A DNA stretch of 64,000 nt, from assembly GCA_965116875.1 (NCBI GenBank), contig OZ220733.1, forward strand, positions 2,688,001-2,752,000. The letters run 5' to 3'. The notes under the pieces are model-generated. The model saw only the letters and a list, made by a program, of their open reading frames with translations, ran no database searches and had not been told where the DNA came from. Origin of the DNA: Candidatus Latescibacterota bacterium (GTDB lineage: Bacteria; Latescibacterota; UBA2968; GCA-2709665). This document shows, piece after piece, positions 11,269 through 21,609 of this stretch; the first letter of the stretch is position 1; the number at the start of each line of letters is the position of its first letter. The position numbers were made by a program, and so were the translations under genes.

Positions 11269-11434
11269 CCCTCTGGAGCCCCGTCCGTTGCCGCCGGCTC
11301 CGTTACAACTTGCCGTTCACGTGTTTTTCTTCGTAAGTTACGGACCGCGGTCACGCGGTGTTCGCGGCCGGCAGCCTTGAACTGTCGGCGTGCGATGACG
11401 TTAAGTATTCAGTCCCGATACCACGGAGTCGAAC

Positions 11435-12211
11435 ATGGAATCTCTGCCCCTGCTTTCAGGCGATACGATGCCGGTGGTGGGCCACGGCACGTATCCGCTG
11501 AAGGGCGAGCAATGCAAGCAGGTGATCAAAAAGGCTCTTGAACTGGGCTACACCCACTTCGATACGGCCTGGATCTACGGCAATCAGCGGGAGATCGGTG
11601 AAGCGCTGCGGGAGGCCGGCGTCGACCGGTCGAAGCTGTTCATCACGACCAAAGTCGGTCAAGACTACCTGCAGTACGACGTTGCCATCAATCAGGCGGA
11701 GGAGAATCTCCAGTATCTCCAGATGGACTACGTGGACCTGCTCCTGGTACACTGGCCGCCCCCTGACGTGCCCATGGAAGAAACCATCGGCGCGTTCAAC
11801 GCGATCCATGACGCGGGCAAGGCCAGAAGCATCGGCGTCAGCAACTTCTCCGTCGAGCAGATGCGGGAGGCGTTTTCCGTTTCGAAAGCGCCGATCAGCG
11901 TGAATCAGATCAAGTATCATCCGGGCTATGAGCAGCGCGACGTACTCCAGTGGTGCCTGGAACACGACGTCGTCGTCACCGCCTACTCGCCGCTTGGGAA
12001 GAAGAACATCCTGGAAGATCCCGTGCTGACGACGATCGCCCGCAGCCACGACAGGACGTCCGCGCACGTGGCGCTCAGGTGGCTGATCCAGAAGGGCATG
12101 AACGTGATCCCGAAAGCCAGCACGGACCGGCATCTCCGCGCCAATCTGGATGTCTTCGACTGGACTCTGTCCGAAGACGAGATGGATTCGATCGACCGAA
12201 TGGCGCTGTAA
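11435..12211 (+). CDS. Aldo/keto reductase (DkgA/DkgB-like)
   Basis: GYTHFDTAWIY, LFITTK, DLLLVHWP, IGVSNF, AYSPLG, IPKAS. Confidence 0.93.
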   Translation: MESLPLLSGDTMPVVGHGTYPLKGEQCKQVIKKALELGYTHFDTAWIYGNQREIGEALREAGVDRSKLFITTKVGQDYLQYDVAINQAEENLQYLQMDYVDLLLVHWPPPDVPMEETIGAFNAIHDAGKARSIGVSNFSVEQMREAFSVSKAPISVNQIKYHPGYEQRDVLQWCLEHDVVVTAYSPLGKKNILEDPVLTTIARSHDRTSAHVALRWLIQKGMNVIPKASTDRHLRANLDVFDWTLSEDEMDSIDRMAL

Positions 12212-12300
12212 GAAAACCGACCAATCGTCCGAAAGGCGCCGTGCGGCACGTTCTCTTCCGAAATTTCGTATGGTAAATCCCAACAGACAACGGGTTAAGC

Positions 12301-13440
12301 ATGAGCTATGACGCCATCGTCATCGGCGGGGGGATCGTGGGGATGTCCACCGCCTGGCACCTCGTCCGCGCCGGCGCGAGGACGCTGCTTGTGGACCGCG
12401 GGGATACGGGACGTGCGACGGATGCCGGGGCGGGCATTCTGTCTCCCGCCACCAATACGCGGGACCCGGACCCATGGCAGCGCCTGGCCGCATTCGCGGT
12501 CGAATACTACCCTGGCCTCATTGAAAACCTGGAGGCCGAACAGGCGGGAGAAACCGGCTTCGCCGTCTGCGGCATGATGATCGTCGCCGTCTCCGATGAC
12601 GAACTGGAGCCCTTCGACGTCGCCCGCCGGCACATTTTCAGCCGCCGGACCCGCCGGGGAAAGCCCTCCGCGGAAGCCCTCCGCGAGATCACGTCCGAAG
12701 AAGCCCGCGAGCGGTTTCCGGCCCTGGCAGACGTGCGGGGCGCCATCTACTACCGGGACGCGGCCCGCGTCGACGGCCGCATGCTGACGGGCGCCCTGCG
12801 GCGCGCGGCGGAAGCCCGCGGGCTCGTTATCCAGGAAACAGCCGTTGAAGGCTTGCGCATGGACAACAACGCCGTCACAGGCGTCATCACGGATGAGGGG
12901 GCCACTTCCGCAGCCAATGTGGTCATCGCGGGCGGGGCGTGGTCGCACGCGTTCGGCCTTCAGCTGGGGGTCCAGATCCCGGTGGAACCGCAGCGCGGCC
13001 AGATCATCCATCTGGGATTGCCTCCTGCGGCAGATACGGCATCCTGGACGATCGTCAGCGCCGTTCGCGGCCACTATATGGTGCCCTGGCCGGACAACCG
13101 GGTGGTTGTGGGCGCCACGCGGGAAACCGGATCGGGTTTCGACGCCCATACAACCGTGGCCGGCGTACGGGAGGTGCTCGGCGAGGCGCTGCGGGTGGCG
13201 CCCGGCCTGGCCGAGGCGGAGATTCGCGATATCCGGGTCGGCCTGCGTCCGTACACGCAGGATCTCCTGCCCGTGCTCGGCCCCGTTCCCGGCAGGAAGA
13301 ACGTCTGGCTGGCAACCGGGCATGGTCCCACGGGTCTGCAACTGGGGCCGTACAGCGGCAAGCTCATCGCCGATCTCATTGTCGGTAATGACCTGCCGAT
13401 TGAACTGGACGCCTATCGGATCACGCGGTACTTATCCTGA
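12301..13440 (+). CDS. FAD-dependent oxidoreductase (D-amino acid oxidase / glycine oxidase family)
   Basis: IGGGIVG, AGGAWS, RGQI, GLRP, ATGHGPTGL. Confidence 0.92.
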   Translation: MSYDAIVIGGGIVGMSTAWHLVRAGARTLLVDRGDTGRATDAGAGILSPATNTRDPDPWQRLAAFAVEYYPGLIENLEAEQAGETGFAVCGMMIVAVSDDELEPFDVARRHIFSRRTRRGKPSAEALREITSEEARERFPALADVRGAIYYRDAARVDGRMLTGALRRAAEARGLVIQETAVEGLRMDNNAVTGVITDEGATSAANVVIAGGAWSHAFGLQLGVQIPVEPQRGQIIHLGLPPAADTASWTIVSAVRGHYMVPWPDNRVVVGATRETGSGFDAHTTVAGVREVLGEALRVAPGLAEAEIRDIRVGLRPYTQDLLPVLGPVPGRKNVWLATGHGPTGLQLGPYSGKLIADLIVGNDLPIELDAYRITRYLS

Positions 13441-13502
13441 GATTCAGCGCGCTGCCCGGCGGTCCGGACCCGCTTCCGGCGTGAAAGGACACGGAGATAT
13501 CG

Positions 13503-14510
13503 ATGTCCGACAGTGACTACAAATGCCTGCTCGTGAGACAGGAAAATGACGGCTATGTCCGCACGGTAGAGCGTCGGCCCGTCGACGCGCTTCCCGAAGG
13601 CGACGTACTGATCCGGGTGCATTACTCCTCGCTGAACTATAAGGACGCGCTGTCGGCCACCGGGCACCGGGGGGTCACCCGGCGCTATCCGCATACGCCT
13701 GGCATCGACGCAGCGGGCGTTGTCGAGGAAAGCAGGGACGGACGCTTCACACTGGGCGATGAAGTCATTTGCACCAGCTACGATCTCGGTGCGAATACAC
13801 CCGGCGGATACGGCCAGTACATCCGCGTGCCCGCAGGGTGGATCGTCCCGCTTCCCGCCGGGCTTACCCTGCGCGAGTCCATGGTCTACGGCACCGCCGG
13901 ATTCACCGCCGCGATGTCGCTGCACAGGTTTGAACGCCACGGCATTGAACCCGGCACCGGCGAGATTCTCGTCACCGGCGCCACGGGAGGCGTCGGCAGC
14001 ATGGCGGTCGCCATCCTCGCCCGGCTGGGGTACAAGGTTGTCGCGGCCACCGGCAAACCGGAGCGGGAGCGCTTCCTGCTCGACCTGGGTGCGAACGCCG
14101 TCGTGCCTCGAAACGATGTCGACGATGAAAGCGGCCGTCCGCTGCTGGCGGAACGCTGGGCGGGCGTGGTGGATACCGTGGGAGGCAATATCCTGGCCAC
14201 CGCCCTCAAGTCAACACAAAGCCGGGGCGTCGTCACGTGCTGCGGCCTCGTCGCTTCCGCGGACCTGAATGTCAGCGTGTACCCGTTTATCCTGCGGGGC
14301 GTCAGTCTTCTCGGAATCGACTCCGCGGAGTGCCCCATGCCGGAACGGAAGTACATCTGGGACAGGATCGCCGGCCTATGGAAGATCGACCCGACGGACG
14401 ACCTGGTCGCGGAACGCACGCTCGAAACCCTCGAACCTGAAATACAGCGCATCCTGCGGGGCGGACAGACCGGCAGGGTTGTGGTCAACCTGGCTGAGAA
14501 GCCGCGTTAA
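13503..14510 (+). CDS. YhdH/YhfP-family quinone oxidoreductase (acryloyl-CoA reductase AcuI-like)
   Basis: YSSLNYKDAL, PGIDAAG, GTAGFTAA, VTGATGGVGS, PFILRGVSLLGIDS. Confidence 0.93.
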   Translation: MSDSDYKCLLVRQENDGYVRTVERRPVDALPEGDVLIRVHYSSLNYKDALSATGHRGVTRRYPHTPGIDAAGVVEESRDGRFTLGDEVICTSYDLGANTPGGYGQYIRVPAGWIVPLPAGLTLRESMVYGTAGFTAAMSLHRFERHGIEPGTGEILVTGATGGVGSMAVAILARLGYKVVAATGKPERERFLLDLGANAVVPRNDVDDESGRPLLAERWAGVVDTVGGNILATALKSTQSRGVVTCCGLVASADLNVSVYPFILRGVSLLGIDSAECPMPERKYIWDRIAGLWKIDPTDDLVAERTLETLEPEIQRILRGGQTGRVVVNLAEKPR

Positions 14511-14660
14511 AATTCCCAGCGGTCTTCGCACGGCTGCAAAAGCGCCGGTCGGCGTTGGTCAAACCCGCCCGTATAGACAAATATGGGCGAATTTTCCCGC
14601 CTTGACCGCCACTTTTTCGCTCGCGCTCGGGAACTCACCAGTAATTTTCACACAGCTTCT
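14497..14660. mobile_element. MITE-like element (~164 bp) with imperfect terminal inverted repeats
   Basis: Left end agaagccgcgttaaaatt versus right-end reverse complement agaagctgtgtgaaaatt (15/18). Internal hairpin cgcccgtat/atatgggcg. The 3' 70 bp recur at 50576-50645 (62/70). Confidence 0.7.
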
Positions 14661-14665
14661 GAGAA

Positions 14666-15667
14666 ATGAACCGCGCCAGAATTGGTGTCATCGGCCTGGG
14701 ACGTTTCGGCGCGCAACACGCCCGCGTCCTCGCTCAGTTGCCGCACGTCGAACTCACCGCGGTGTGCTCCCGTTCGGCGGAGCGCGCCGCCAATGTCGCC
14801 TCGACGCACCATGTTCCGAAGCACTATACCGACTATCGCGACCTGTTACGGGACCCGGAAGTCGAGGCCATCGACGTCGTCACCGAAGTGGACCGGCACA
14901 CCGAAATCGCGCTTGCCGCGCTTCGATTGCGCAAACACGTGTTCAGCGAAATCCTTCTGACCGACAGTCTGGAAGAGAACGATCGATTGATCGCCGGGGC
15001 GGAAGAAAGCGGCGCCGTGTTCATGGTCGGGTTCCTGGAGCGCTTCGACGTGAGGCGCGCGAACATTAAACAAAAGATCGACGCGGGCGAACTGGGAGAA
15101 CTCGTCTCCATCTACGGCCGCCGGAACATCTGGCGGGGTATTCTGGATGCGCCGCGTTTCAAGCCCTATCCCCTGGTCATCCAGCCCGGGATTCACACCA
15201 TCGACCAGTTGCTGTGGATGGCCGGCGAGGACGTCCGGGAAGTGTATGCCAGGGCCCGCGGCATGGCGGAAGCGGGCCGTCCGGATACGTGGTGGGCCAT
15301 GCTCACGTTCGAAAGCGGCCTCATCGGCGTCATCGAACAGAGTTTCTTCATGCCCGACCGGCGGCTCTACTGGTCCAATGCAGGCCTGGAAGTGGTGGGC
15401 ACGAACGGGACGGCCCACATCGCAGAACCCAATGACGCCGCCTGGATCTGGACGGGTGACGCTACGTCCAGTCCGGATCTCTATCTCTCGCCGGAACTTC
15501 ACGGTAGAGTCGTGGGGGCGCTGGAGCAGGAACTCACCCATTTCGCGGACTGCGTCATCAGACGTCGAAATCCGGCGCACGGCACATTGCGGGACGCGCG
15601 CGATGCCCTGCGCGTGGGTCTGGCTATCGTAGAGTCCGCGCGGACAGAACGGGCAATACATCTGTAA
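14666..15667 (+). CDS. Gfo/Idh/MocA-family oxidoreductase
   Basis: IGVIGLGRFG, KHVFSE, GIHTID. Confidence 0.9.
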   Translation: MNRARIGVIGLGRFGAQHARVLAQLPHVELTAVCSRSAERAANVASTHHVPKHYTDYRDLLRDPEVEAIDVVTEVDRHTEIALAALRLRKHVFSEILLTDSLEENDRLIAGAEESGAVFMVGFLERFDVRRANIKQKIDAGELGELVSIYGRRNIWRGILDAPRFKPYPLVIQPGIHTIDQLLWMAGEDVREVYARARGMAEAGRPDTWWAMLTFESGLIGVIEQSFFMPDRRLYWSNAGLEVVGTNGTAHIAEPNDAAWIWTGDATSSPDLYLSPELHGRVVGALEQELTHFADCVIRRRNPAHGTLRDARDALRVGLAIVESARTERAIHL

Positions 15668-15685
15668 TCACGGGGAGCATGCCGC

Positions 15686-16993
15686 ATGACCGTACCTGAC
15701 GACACGTACCGGATCGGCGTGGCCGGCGAAGACATCACGCCGCCGGTCGGGATCTACCTGGCCGGGTTCGCCGCCCGTACGGAACCATCCACAGCCGTCT
15801 ACCATCCCTTGAAAGCCAACGCCATCGCCATAGACGACGGCAACGATCCGCTCATCATCGCCAGCGCCGAGATCCTGGGTTTCTACGAACACACCGAAGA
15901 GGTCCGGTCCCGCATCTCGGGGGCGACCGGACTCGAGCCGGCAAGTATCGTCCTCAGCGGATCGCATACCCACTGCGGCCCCTGTATCCGGGAAATGGAC
16001 CGGCATCGCCACGGCGAGCTGGATGAAGACTATATCGAGCGACTCCTGGCAAGGGTTACCCGGTGCGCGAAGACCGCGTGGGAGACCCGGTCGCCGGCCC
16101 GCCTTCGGTTCAGGCAGGGGCACTGCGATGTCGCCGTTTCCCGCCGTAAACCCGACGGGAAGGGCGGCGTGGAGTGGAAACCCGGTCCCGGCGCACCCCA
16201 CGACCATGAGGTGCCGGTGCTGGCCGTCGAATCTCCCGATGGCGAACTTCGCAGCGTCATCTTCAGCTACGCGTGCCATCCTACCAGCCGCAGCGGTACG
16301 CTCATCGGCGGCGACTACGTCTGTTTCGCCTGCGACCACGTGGAAGCCACGTACCCGGGAACGACCTCGTTTTTCCTCCAGGGCTGCGCCGGAGACCAGA
16401 AAACAAGACCCGTCGATCCCGCGTCGGAGACGTTCGTGCCCAGGAGTGTGGATGAAATCCGCGACATCGGCGTCGACCTGGGGGAATCCGTGGTCCGAAC
16501 CCTCGCCTCGGGCGGGCTCGAGCCGGTAACCGGCCCGATTTCGGTACGCCGGACCATCCTCAACCTGGATACCGAACCGATTGACATGGGCCTCGTAAAA
16601 GCAGGCCTGAAAGACAATCAGGCATTCGTTCGGGCGTGGGCCGGGCATCTGCTGGATAGCGTCGAAAACAACACGCCGGTTGTCACCCGTATCCCTTTCG
16701 AAATTCAGACCGTGCGATTCGGAGACGCGCTGACGGTGGTCACGCTCGCGGGTGAAATGACCGTGGAGCACGGCCTGCGGCTGAAACGGGATCTGGGTCC
16801 ACACTTCGAAAACGTACTGGTTCTGGCATATACCAACGACATCGTCGGCTATGTTCCCGTCAGGCGGCAGATCCCCGAAGGCGGCTACGAAGTCTGGTCC
16901 AGCCAGCAGTACTGGAAACGCACGGGACCCTACGTGGCCGAAACCGAAGACCGGATCCACGCCGCCGTGGGCCGGTCCCTCGGCATCTCGTAG
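15686..16993 (+). CDS. Neutral/alkaline ceramidase N-terminal domain-containing protein
   Basis: DITPPVGIYLAGF, SHTHCGP, YACHPT, FLQGCAGDQ, EGGYE. Confidence 0.85.
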   Translation: MTVPDDTYRIGVAGEDITPPVGIYLAGFAARTEPSTAVYHPLKANAIAIDDGNDPLIIASAEILGFYEHTEEVRSRISGATGLEPASIVLSGSHTHCGPCIREMDRHRHGELDEDYIERLLARVTRCAKTAWETRSPARLRFRQGHCDVAVSRRKPDGKGGVEWKPGPGAPHDHEVPVLAVESPDGELRSVIFSYACHPTSRSGTLIGGDYVCFACDHVEATYPGTTSFFLQGCAGDQKTRPVDPASETFVPRSVDEIRDIGVDLGESVVRTLASGGLEPVTGPISVRRTILNLDTEPIDMGLVKAGLKDNQAFVRAWAGHLLDSVENNTPVVTRIPFEIQTVRFGDALTVVTLAGEMTVEHGLRLKRDLGPHFENVLVLAYTNDIVGYVPVRRQIPEGGYEVWSSQQYWKRTGPYVAETEDRIHAAVGRSLGIS

Positions 16994-17026
16994 CCAGACA
17001 CGTCCTGCATCCCTGGCCTGGCAGAC

Positions 17027-18934
17027 ATGACTGACGCGTTGCCCGAAATCGCCCTGGTCCAAATGGACGTGAAGCCGGCGCGGCCGGACCTGAACGTCGA
17101 GACGATGCTGCGTTACATCGACGGTTGCAGGGCGGCGGGCGCGGAACTGATCGTCTTTTCGGAACTCTGCATATCGGGCTACATCCTGGGCGACCTGTGG
17201 GAGGTGGACGCGCTCGTCGAGGATTTCGCGGCATACAGCGAAACGATCCGCGAGGCCAGTCAGGACATTACGGTACTCTTCGGCAACGTGGCGGTGGATC
17301 GCGCGAACATCGGGGAGGACGGGCGGATCCGGAAGTACAATGCCGTCCACGTCTGCGCCGGCGGCCGTTACGTGGCGCGGGAAAACGTCCCGGCCGGACT
17401 TCCCGCCGGCCTGCAGCCCAAGACGCTGCATCCGAACTACCGGTTCTTCGACGACGACCGTCATTTCTACTCGCTCCGGAAACTCGCCGACGCTTCCGGG
17501 AGATCCGTTTACGACTGGACCGAGCCGTTCGATGTCCGCCTGAGGGATGGCCGGACGTTCCGGTTCGGCGTACAGCTTTGCGAAGATATCTGGTGCCGGG
17601 ACTACGGCTACGCGGAAGACATCCTGGATACGCTGCGGATATTTCAAAACCGCGGGGCGCAGGCGCTGTTCAATCTGTCCTCGTCCCCGTGGACGTGGCG
17701 GAAGAACGCAAAGCGAAACCGGGTCGTGAGGGAAATCCTGCGGCGTTCGCCGATCCCTGTCTTCTACGTCAACCAGGTGGGGGCGCAGAACAACGGAAAG
17801 AACATCATCGTCTTCGACGGCGATACGACGGTCTATTCCCCCGCGGGAGAAATCCTGCGCCGCGCGCATCCCTGGCGGGAGCAGACGGTCCTCTGCCGTG
17901 ACGGAGAGCCGCCGGCTCCTTCCCAGGACGAGATTGCCGCGATCTACGATGCCATCCTGATCGGACTGCGGCATCTGGACGACGTCCGCGAAGGGGAGAA
18001 CCGGTTTCTGGTTGGCGTGAGCGGAGGAATCGACTCGAGCGTCGTGGTATCGCTGCTGGCGCAGGCCGTCGGACCGGAGCGGGTGTTCGCGGTAAACATG
18101 CCCACGCGGTTCAACGCGTCCATCACGCAGGAAAACGCGAGGCAGGTCTGCCGGACGCTCGAGGTGGATTATCTGAGTTGCCCGATCCAGGACCTGTACG
18201 AATTCCTGTCCGACAAGATCAGGGGCGTGAGCTTTTCCAGTACGCCGGGCGACTATACCCGGCTCGTGGACGAAAACCTTCAGGCGCGTATCAGGGGAGC
18301 GGACATTCTGGCCGGACTGGCTGCCAAATTCGGGCTGGTCTTCACAAACAACGGGAACAAGACCGAGACGGCGCTGGGCTACGCCACGCTTTACGGGGAC
18401 GTGAACGGCGCCGTGGCTCCCATCGCGGACCTTTACAAGGTGCAGGTGCTGCAACTGGCGCGGTTTCTGAACGGTGAGATTTTCGGCAGGGAGGTCATTC
18501 CGGGTAACCTGATCAGCGGGGAAACGGTGCCCAGTGCGGAATTGTCGGAGGCCCAGGACGTGACCCGGGGCCTTGGCGATCCCATCAAGTACGGGTACCA
18601 CGATGCCATGCTTCGCCAGATCATCGAATACCGGAAAGACCCGGTCGATTTTCTGCACTGGTTCGTGAACGGAATTCTGCTGGAGGAGATCGGGTGGAGC
18701 GACAGGGAGAAATTCAGGGCCTGGTTTCCGGACGTGAACACCTGGATCGAAGACCTCGAGTGGGTCGTGCGGCAGGTGAGGATCAACTATTTCAAGCGCG
18801 TGCAGGCGCCGCCGATCATTGTGCTCAGCAAACGCGCCTTCGGGTTCGACCTGCGCGAAAGCCAGTTGCCGGCGTACGAGACCCGGCGCTACGGGGAATT
18901 GAAAGAGCTGGCGCTTTCCATGGAAATATCTTGA
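17027..18934 (+). CDS. nadE: Glutamine-dependent NAD+ synthetase
   Basis: Nitrilase domain (FSELCISGY, PKTLHPNY, LCEDIW) plus synthetase domain (VSGGIDS, ENLQARIRG, NGNKTE, GYATLYGD, PSAEL). Confidence 0.95.
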   Translation: MTDALPEIALVQMDVKPARPDLNVETMLRYIDGCRAAGAELIVFSELCISGYILGDLWEVDALVEDFAAYSETIREASQDITVLFGNVAVDRANIGEDGRIRKYNAVHVCAGGRYVARENVPAGLPAGLQPKTLHPNYRFFDDDRHFYSLRKLADASGRSVYDWTEPFDVRLRDGRTFRFGVQLCEDIWCRDYGYAEDILDTLRIFQNRGAQALFNLSSSPWTWRKNAKRNRVVREILRRSPIPVFYVNQVGAQNNGKNIIVFDGDTTVYSPAGEILRRAHPWREQTVLCRDGEPPAPSQDEIAAIYDAILIGLRHLDDVREGENRFLVGVSGGIDSSVVVSLLAQAVGPERVFAVNMPTRFNASITQENARQVCRTLEVDYLSCPIQDLYEFLSDKIRGVSFSSTPGDYTRLVDENLQARIRGADILAGLAAKFGLVFTNNGNKTETALGYATLYGDVNGAVAPIADLYKVQVLQLARFLNGEIFGREVIPGNLISGETVPSAELSEAQDVTRGLGDPIKYGYHDAMLRQIIEYRKDPVDFLHWFVNGILLEEIGWSDREKFRAWFPDVNTWIEDLEWVVRQVRINYFKRVQAPPIIVLSKRAFGFDLRESQLPAYETRRYGELKELALSMEIS

Positions 18935-18984
18935 AACCGGTATCCGTAACGCGAAGTGGTCGTTCGCGGACTCGGTAATCTGAA

Positions 18985-19854
18985 ATGACATCCATCGATG
19001 CAGCGATCTCCCGAATCGAAGCGACCGTTGGCGTGGCCGCCCGGCACCTGGAAACCGGCCGGGAGATACAGCACAATGCCGACGACGTGTTCTTCACCGC
19101 CAGCACGCTGAAGGTCCCCGTACTCGTGGAACTCTACCGGCAGGTGGACCGCGGCATCGTCGACCTGAACCGGCGCGTCGAACTCACCCAGGACATGCGG
19201 GTGCCCGGATCCGGCATCCTCAAGGAAATGGACGCGGGACTCAACCCCACCCTTCACGATCTGGCGATGCTGATGATCATCATCAGCGACAACACGGCGA
19301 CGGATATCCTCTATGATCTGGTTGGCCGCGACAATCTCAACGACACGATGCGGGAACTCGGACTCCATAAGACCCGCATCCCGATGACGGTAAGGCAACT
19401 GCTCTTCAGCGTCGTCGGCCTCGACCCGGAGAATCCGGACCATACATACGAACGCTGCGCCGAACGGCTGTTCAACGAGGCATACGTGCCCGATGCGGCG
19501 GGTTATGATCCCGACCGGTCCGACGTTTCGTCTCCGGCCGATATGTGCAGACTTCTTGAGCTCCTTTACTCCGTCGATTTCCTGTCGCCCGCGTCCCGTG
19601 AGGGGGCCCTGGACATCCTCAAGCGGCAGCAGCTCAGGACCGTGATCCCGTACGCGCTGCCGGTTGGCACCACGGTTGCGCACAAGACGGGATTCTATCT
19701 CGGCGTACGCGCGGACGTGGGGATCGTCTGTTCGCCGACCGGACCCTATACGGTCGCCATCATGGCCAAACACGTGACGTCCCGGGACCGGATGACGTTC
19801 GACCTCAGCCTCTCGGCGCTCGCAAGAGCGGTTTACGACACGCTGGTCGAATAA
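18985..19854 (+). CDS. Class A beta-lactamase-related serine hydrolase
   Basis: STLK (SxxK), SDN, HKTG. No signal peptide and no E166-type omega-loop motif seen. Confidence 0.88.
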   Translation: MTSIDAAISRIEATVGVAARHLETGREIQHNADDVFFTASTLKVPVLVELYRQVDRGIVDLNRRVELTQDMRVPGSGILKEMDAGLNPTLHDLAMLMIIISDNTATDILYDLVGRDNLNDTMRELGLHKTRIPMTVRQLLFSVVGLDPENPDHTYERCAERLFNEAYVPDAAGYDPDRSDVSSPADMCRLLELLYSVDFLSPASREGALDILKRQQLRTVIPYALPVGTTVAHKTGFYLGVRADVGIVCSPTGPYTVAIMAKHVTSRDRMTFDLSLSALARAVYDTLVE

Positions 19855-19887
19855 CAATTTCGGCGTGGATGATCTACATGGACAGGC

Positions 19888-20035
19888 CAGTGTGATCTTG
19901 CGCGGTCTATAATAGGTAGGGATTCATCGCTTTGGTCCGAAAACCCGACATTTGTCCTGCTCCCGGTTTCTCATCCTGTTCGGTTTTGGCTTTTATCCTG
20001 TCTATCCTGTTTATCCATGTTCGTTTGGGTTTCTG
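19888..20035 (-). repeat. Dispersed 'ATCCTGT' intergenic repeat element
   Basis: Its reverse complement (cagaaacccaaac..acatggat..acaggat...gcgatgaat...attatagaccgc) aligns with 43031-43160. Confidence 0.75.
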
Positions 20036-20082
20036 TGAATAAAAGAGGTGAAGGAGATCAGGCTTCCGAGGAGAGCCGGGAC

Positions 20083-20802
20083 GTGCGAAAGACCGTTGAA
20101 ACCAATCTCGACGCGCTCAGGAACTCGCGGTATCCGGGAAGGGGCATCGTCATCGGCCGGACGCCCGACGCCAGGCACTTCGTGCAGGTCTACTGGATCA
20201 TGGGCAGGAGCGCGGGGAGCCGGAACCGGGTGTTCGTTGCCGGGGACCAGACGGTCAGGACCCGGGCTTTCGATGAGTCCGCGCTGGAAAACCCGTCCCT
20301 GGTCGTCTATCGTCCCGTCAGAGTCCTGGGCGCCCGGCACATCGTGTCCAACGGGGACCATACGGACACCATTGCCGACGCGATTCAGGAAGGCGGGACC
20401 TTCGAATCCGGCCTGAACACTCGGACATTCGAACCCGATCCTCCCATCTTCACGCCACGCATCGCCGGCATCGTGGACCTTGACGATACCGGTGCCGCCT
20501 ACCGGATCGCCATTCTCAAGGCCCTCGCCGGAAGCGGCGGATTCGCGTCCCGGCAATACTTCAGCTACGAAACGGCCATACCCGGGATCGGCCACTGCAT
20601 TACCACCTACATGGACGACGGCGACCCCCCGCCCGCGTTCAGCGGCGAACCGTATGCCGTCGAACTGCACAACGGGATCGAATCGACCCGCGACTTCTAC
20701 TGGGACCTGCTTGACGAAGCCAACAGGGTATCCCTGCTCGTCAAGTATATCGAAGCGGCATCGGGAAACACCGACCTGAGAATCGTCAACAAGTACCGTT
20801 AA
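20083..20802 (+). CDS. IMP cyclohydrolase, PurO-like family
   Basis: YPGRGIVIG, YWIMGRS..SRNR, SNGDHT, FEPDPPIFTPRI, NRVSL. GTG start after gaggag; the ORF track starts at 20017. Confidence 0.85.
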   Translation: MRKTVETNLDALRNSRYPGRGIVIGRTPDARHFVQVYWIMGRSAGSRNRVFVAGDQTVRTRAFDESALENPSLVVYRPVRVLGARHIVSNGDHTDTIADAIQEGGTFESGLNTRTFEPDPPIFTPRIAGIVDLDDTGAAYRIAILKALAGSGGFASRQYFSYETAIPGIGHCITTYMDDGDPPPAFSGEPYAVELHNGIESTRDFYWDLLDEANRVSLLVKYIEAASGNTDLRIVNKYR

Positions 20803-20807
20803 CGCAA

Positions 20808-21524
20808 ATGTTGAATACCCTCAAACAATTCTGGCCGGCCATCGTCTGCGCCATCGTCGCCCTGGCGTTCTGGGACACGCCCTACGTCAAACCGTTCAGG
20901 GTCTTCGTGGTACTCATTCACGAAATGGGCCACGCGGCCGCCACTCTGATTACGGGAGGCGAAGTCCTTGAAGTCCGCATCAACTGGGACGAATCCGGCC
21001 ACGCGCGGAGCCGGGGCGGTATCTTTCCGATCATTGCCTCTGCCGGATACGTGGGCTCGGCCTTTCTTGGCGCCTTTTTCATCTACGTCAGTTCCTGGCC
21101 TCTGCTGCAACGGATTCTGCTCGCCGGGATCGGCGTGCTTGCCATAGCGATGTCGGTACGTTACACCCCGTTCGGCAGCATCGATTTCCTGTTCGGACTC
21201 GCGTGCGGCTTCATGCTTCTGGTTCCGGCGGTCCTGCTGCCCCGGGTTGCGCGATGGGTGGCCACCTGGGTCGGCGTGATGCTTTGTCTCTATTCCCTCT
21301 ACGACTTCCGCACGGATCTCTGGCAAGTTGCCGAACGCACCGATGCCGGCATCCTAGCCCGCCACTGGGATGCGCCGGTCCTGGCCTATCCGATCGCCCT
21401 GGTCTGGGCGTTGATCTCCATCTACGCGATGTATCGATCCATGAAGTCGGTCGCGCGGAGGGGCCGGATGCGGGAAGCGCGTGACGTCACACCGGACGGA
21501 ACGGCTTCCGCCGGGGAGGCATGA
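20808..21524 (+). CDS. M50B-family membrane metallopeptidase
   Basis: IHEMGH, SAGY, several transmembrane helices, TDAGIL. Confidence 0.88.
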   Translation: MLNTLKQFWPAIVCAIVALAFWDTPYVKPFRVFVVLIHEMGHAAATLITGGEVLEVRINWDESGHARSRGGIFPIIASAGYVGSAFLGAFFIYVSSWPLLQRILLAGIGVLAIAMSVRYTPFGSIDFLFGLACGFMLLVPAVLLPRVARWVATWVGVMLCLYSLYDFRTDLWQVAERTDAGILARHWDAPVLAYPIALVWALISIYAMYRSMKSVARRGRMREARDVTPDGTASAGEA

Positions 21525-21609
21525 GCCGCGGTCTCCCTGACTCGCGGGGCGCGGAAGTATCCTGCCGGCAAATCGCGCCGGTTCATCCCGTTACTCGAGG
21601 TTGCCCGAA

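Noticed and set aside
15668-18991. 1107-aa minus-strand ORF and other long antisense ORFs (7382..9148, 48328..50043, 52463..54892)
   Set aside because: Shadow ORFs opposite well-supported genes in GC-rich DNA, with no recognisable motifs.
18985-19854. Functional antibiotic-resistance beta-lactamase
   Set aside because: No signal peptide or E166-type motif. It fits the broad class A-related serine hydrolase group.
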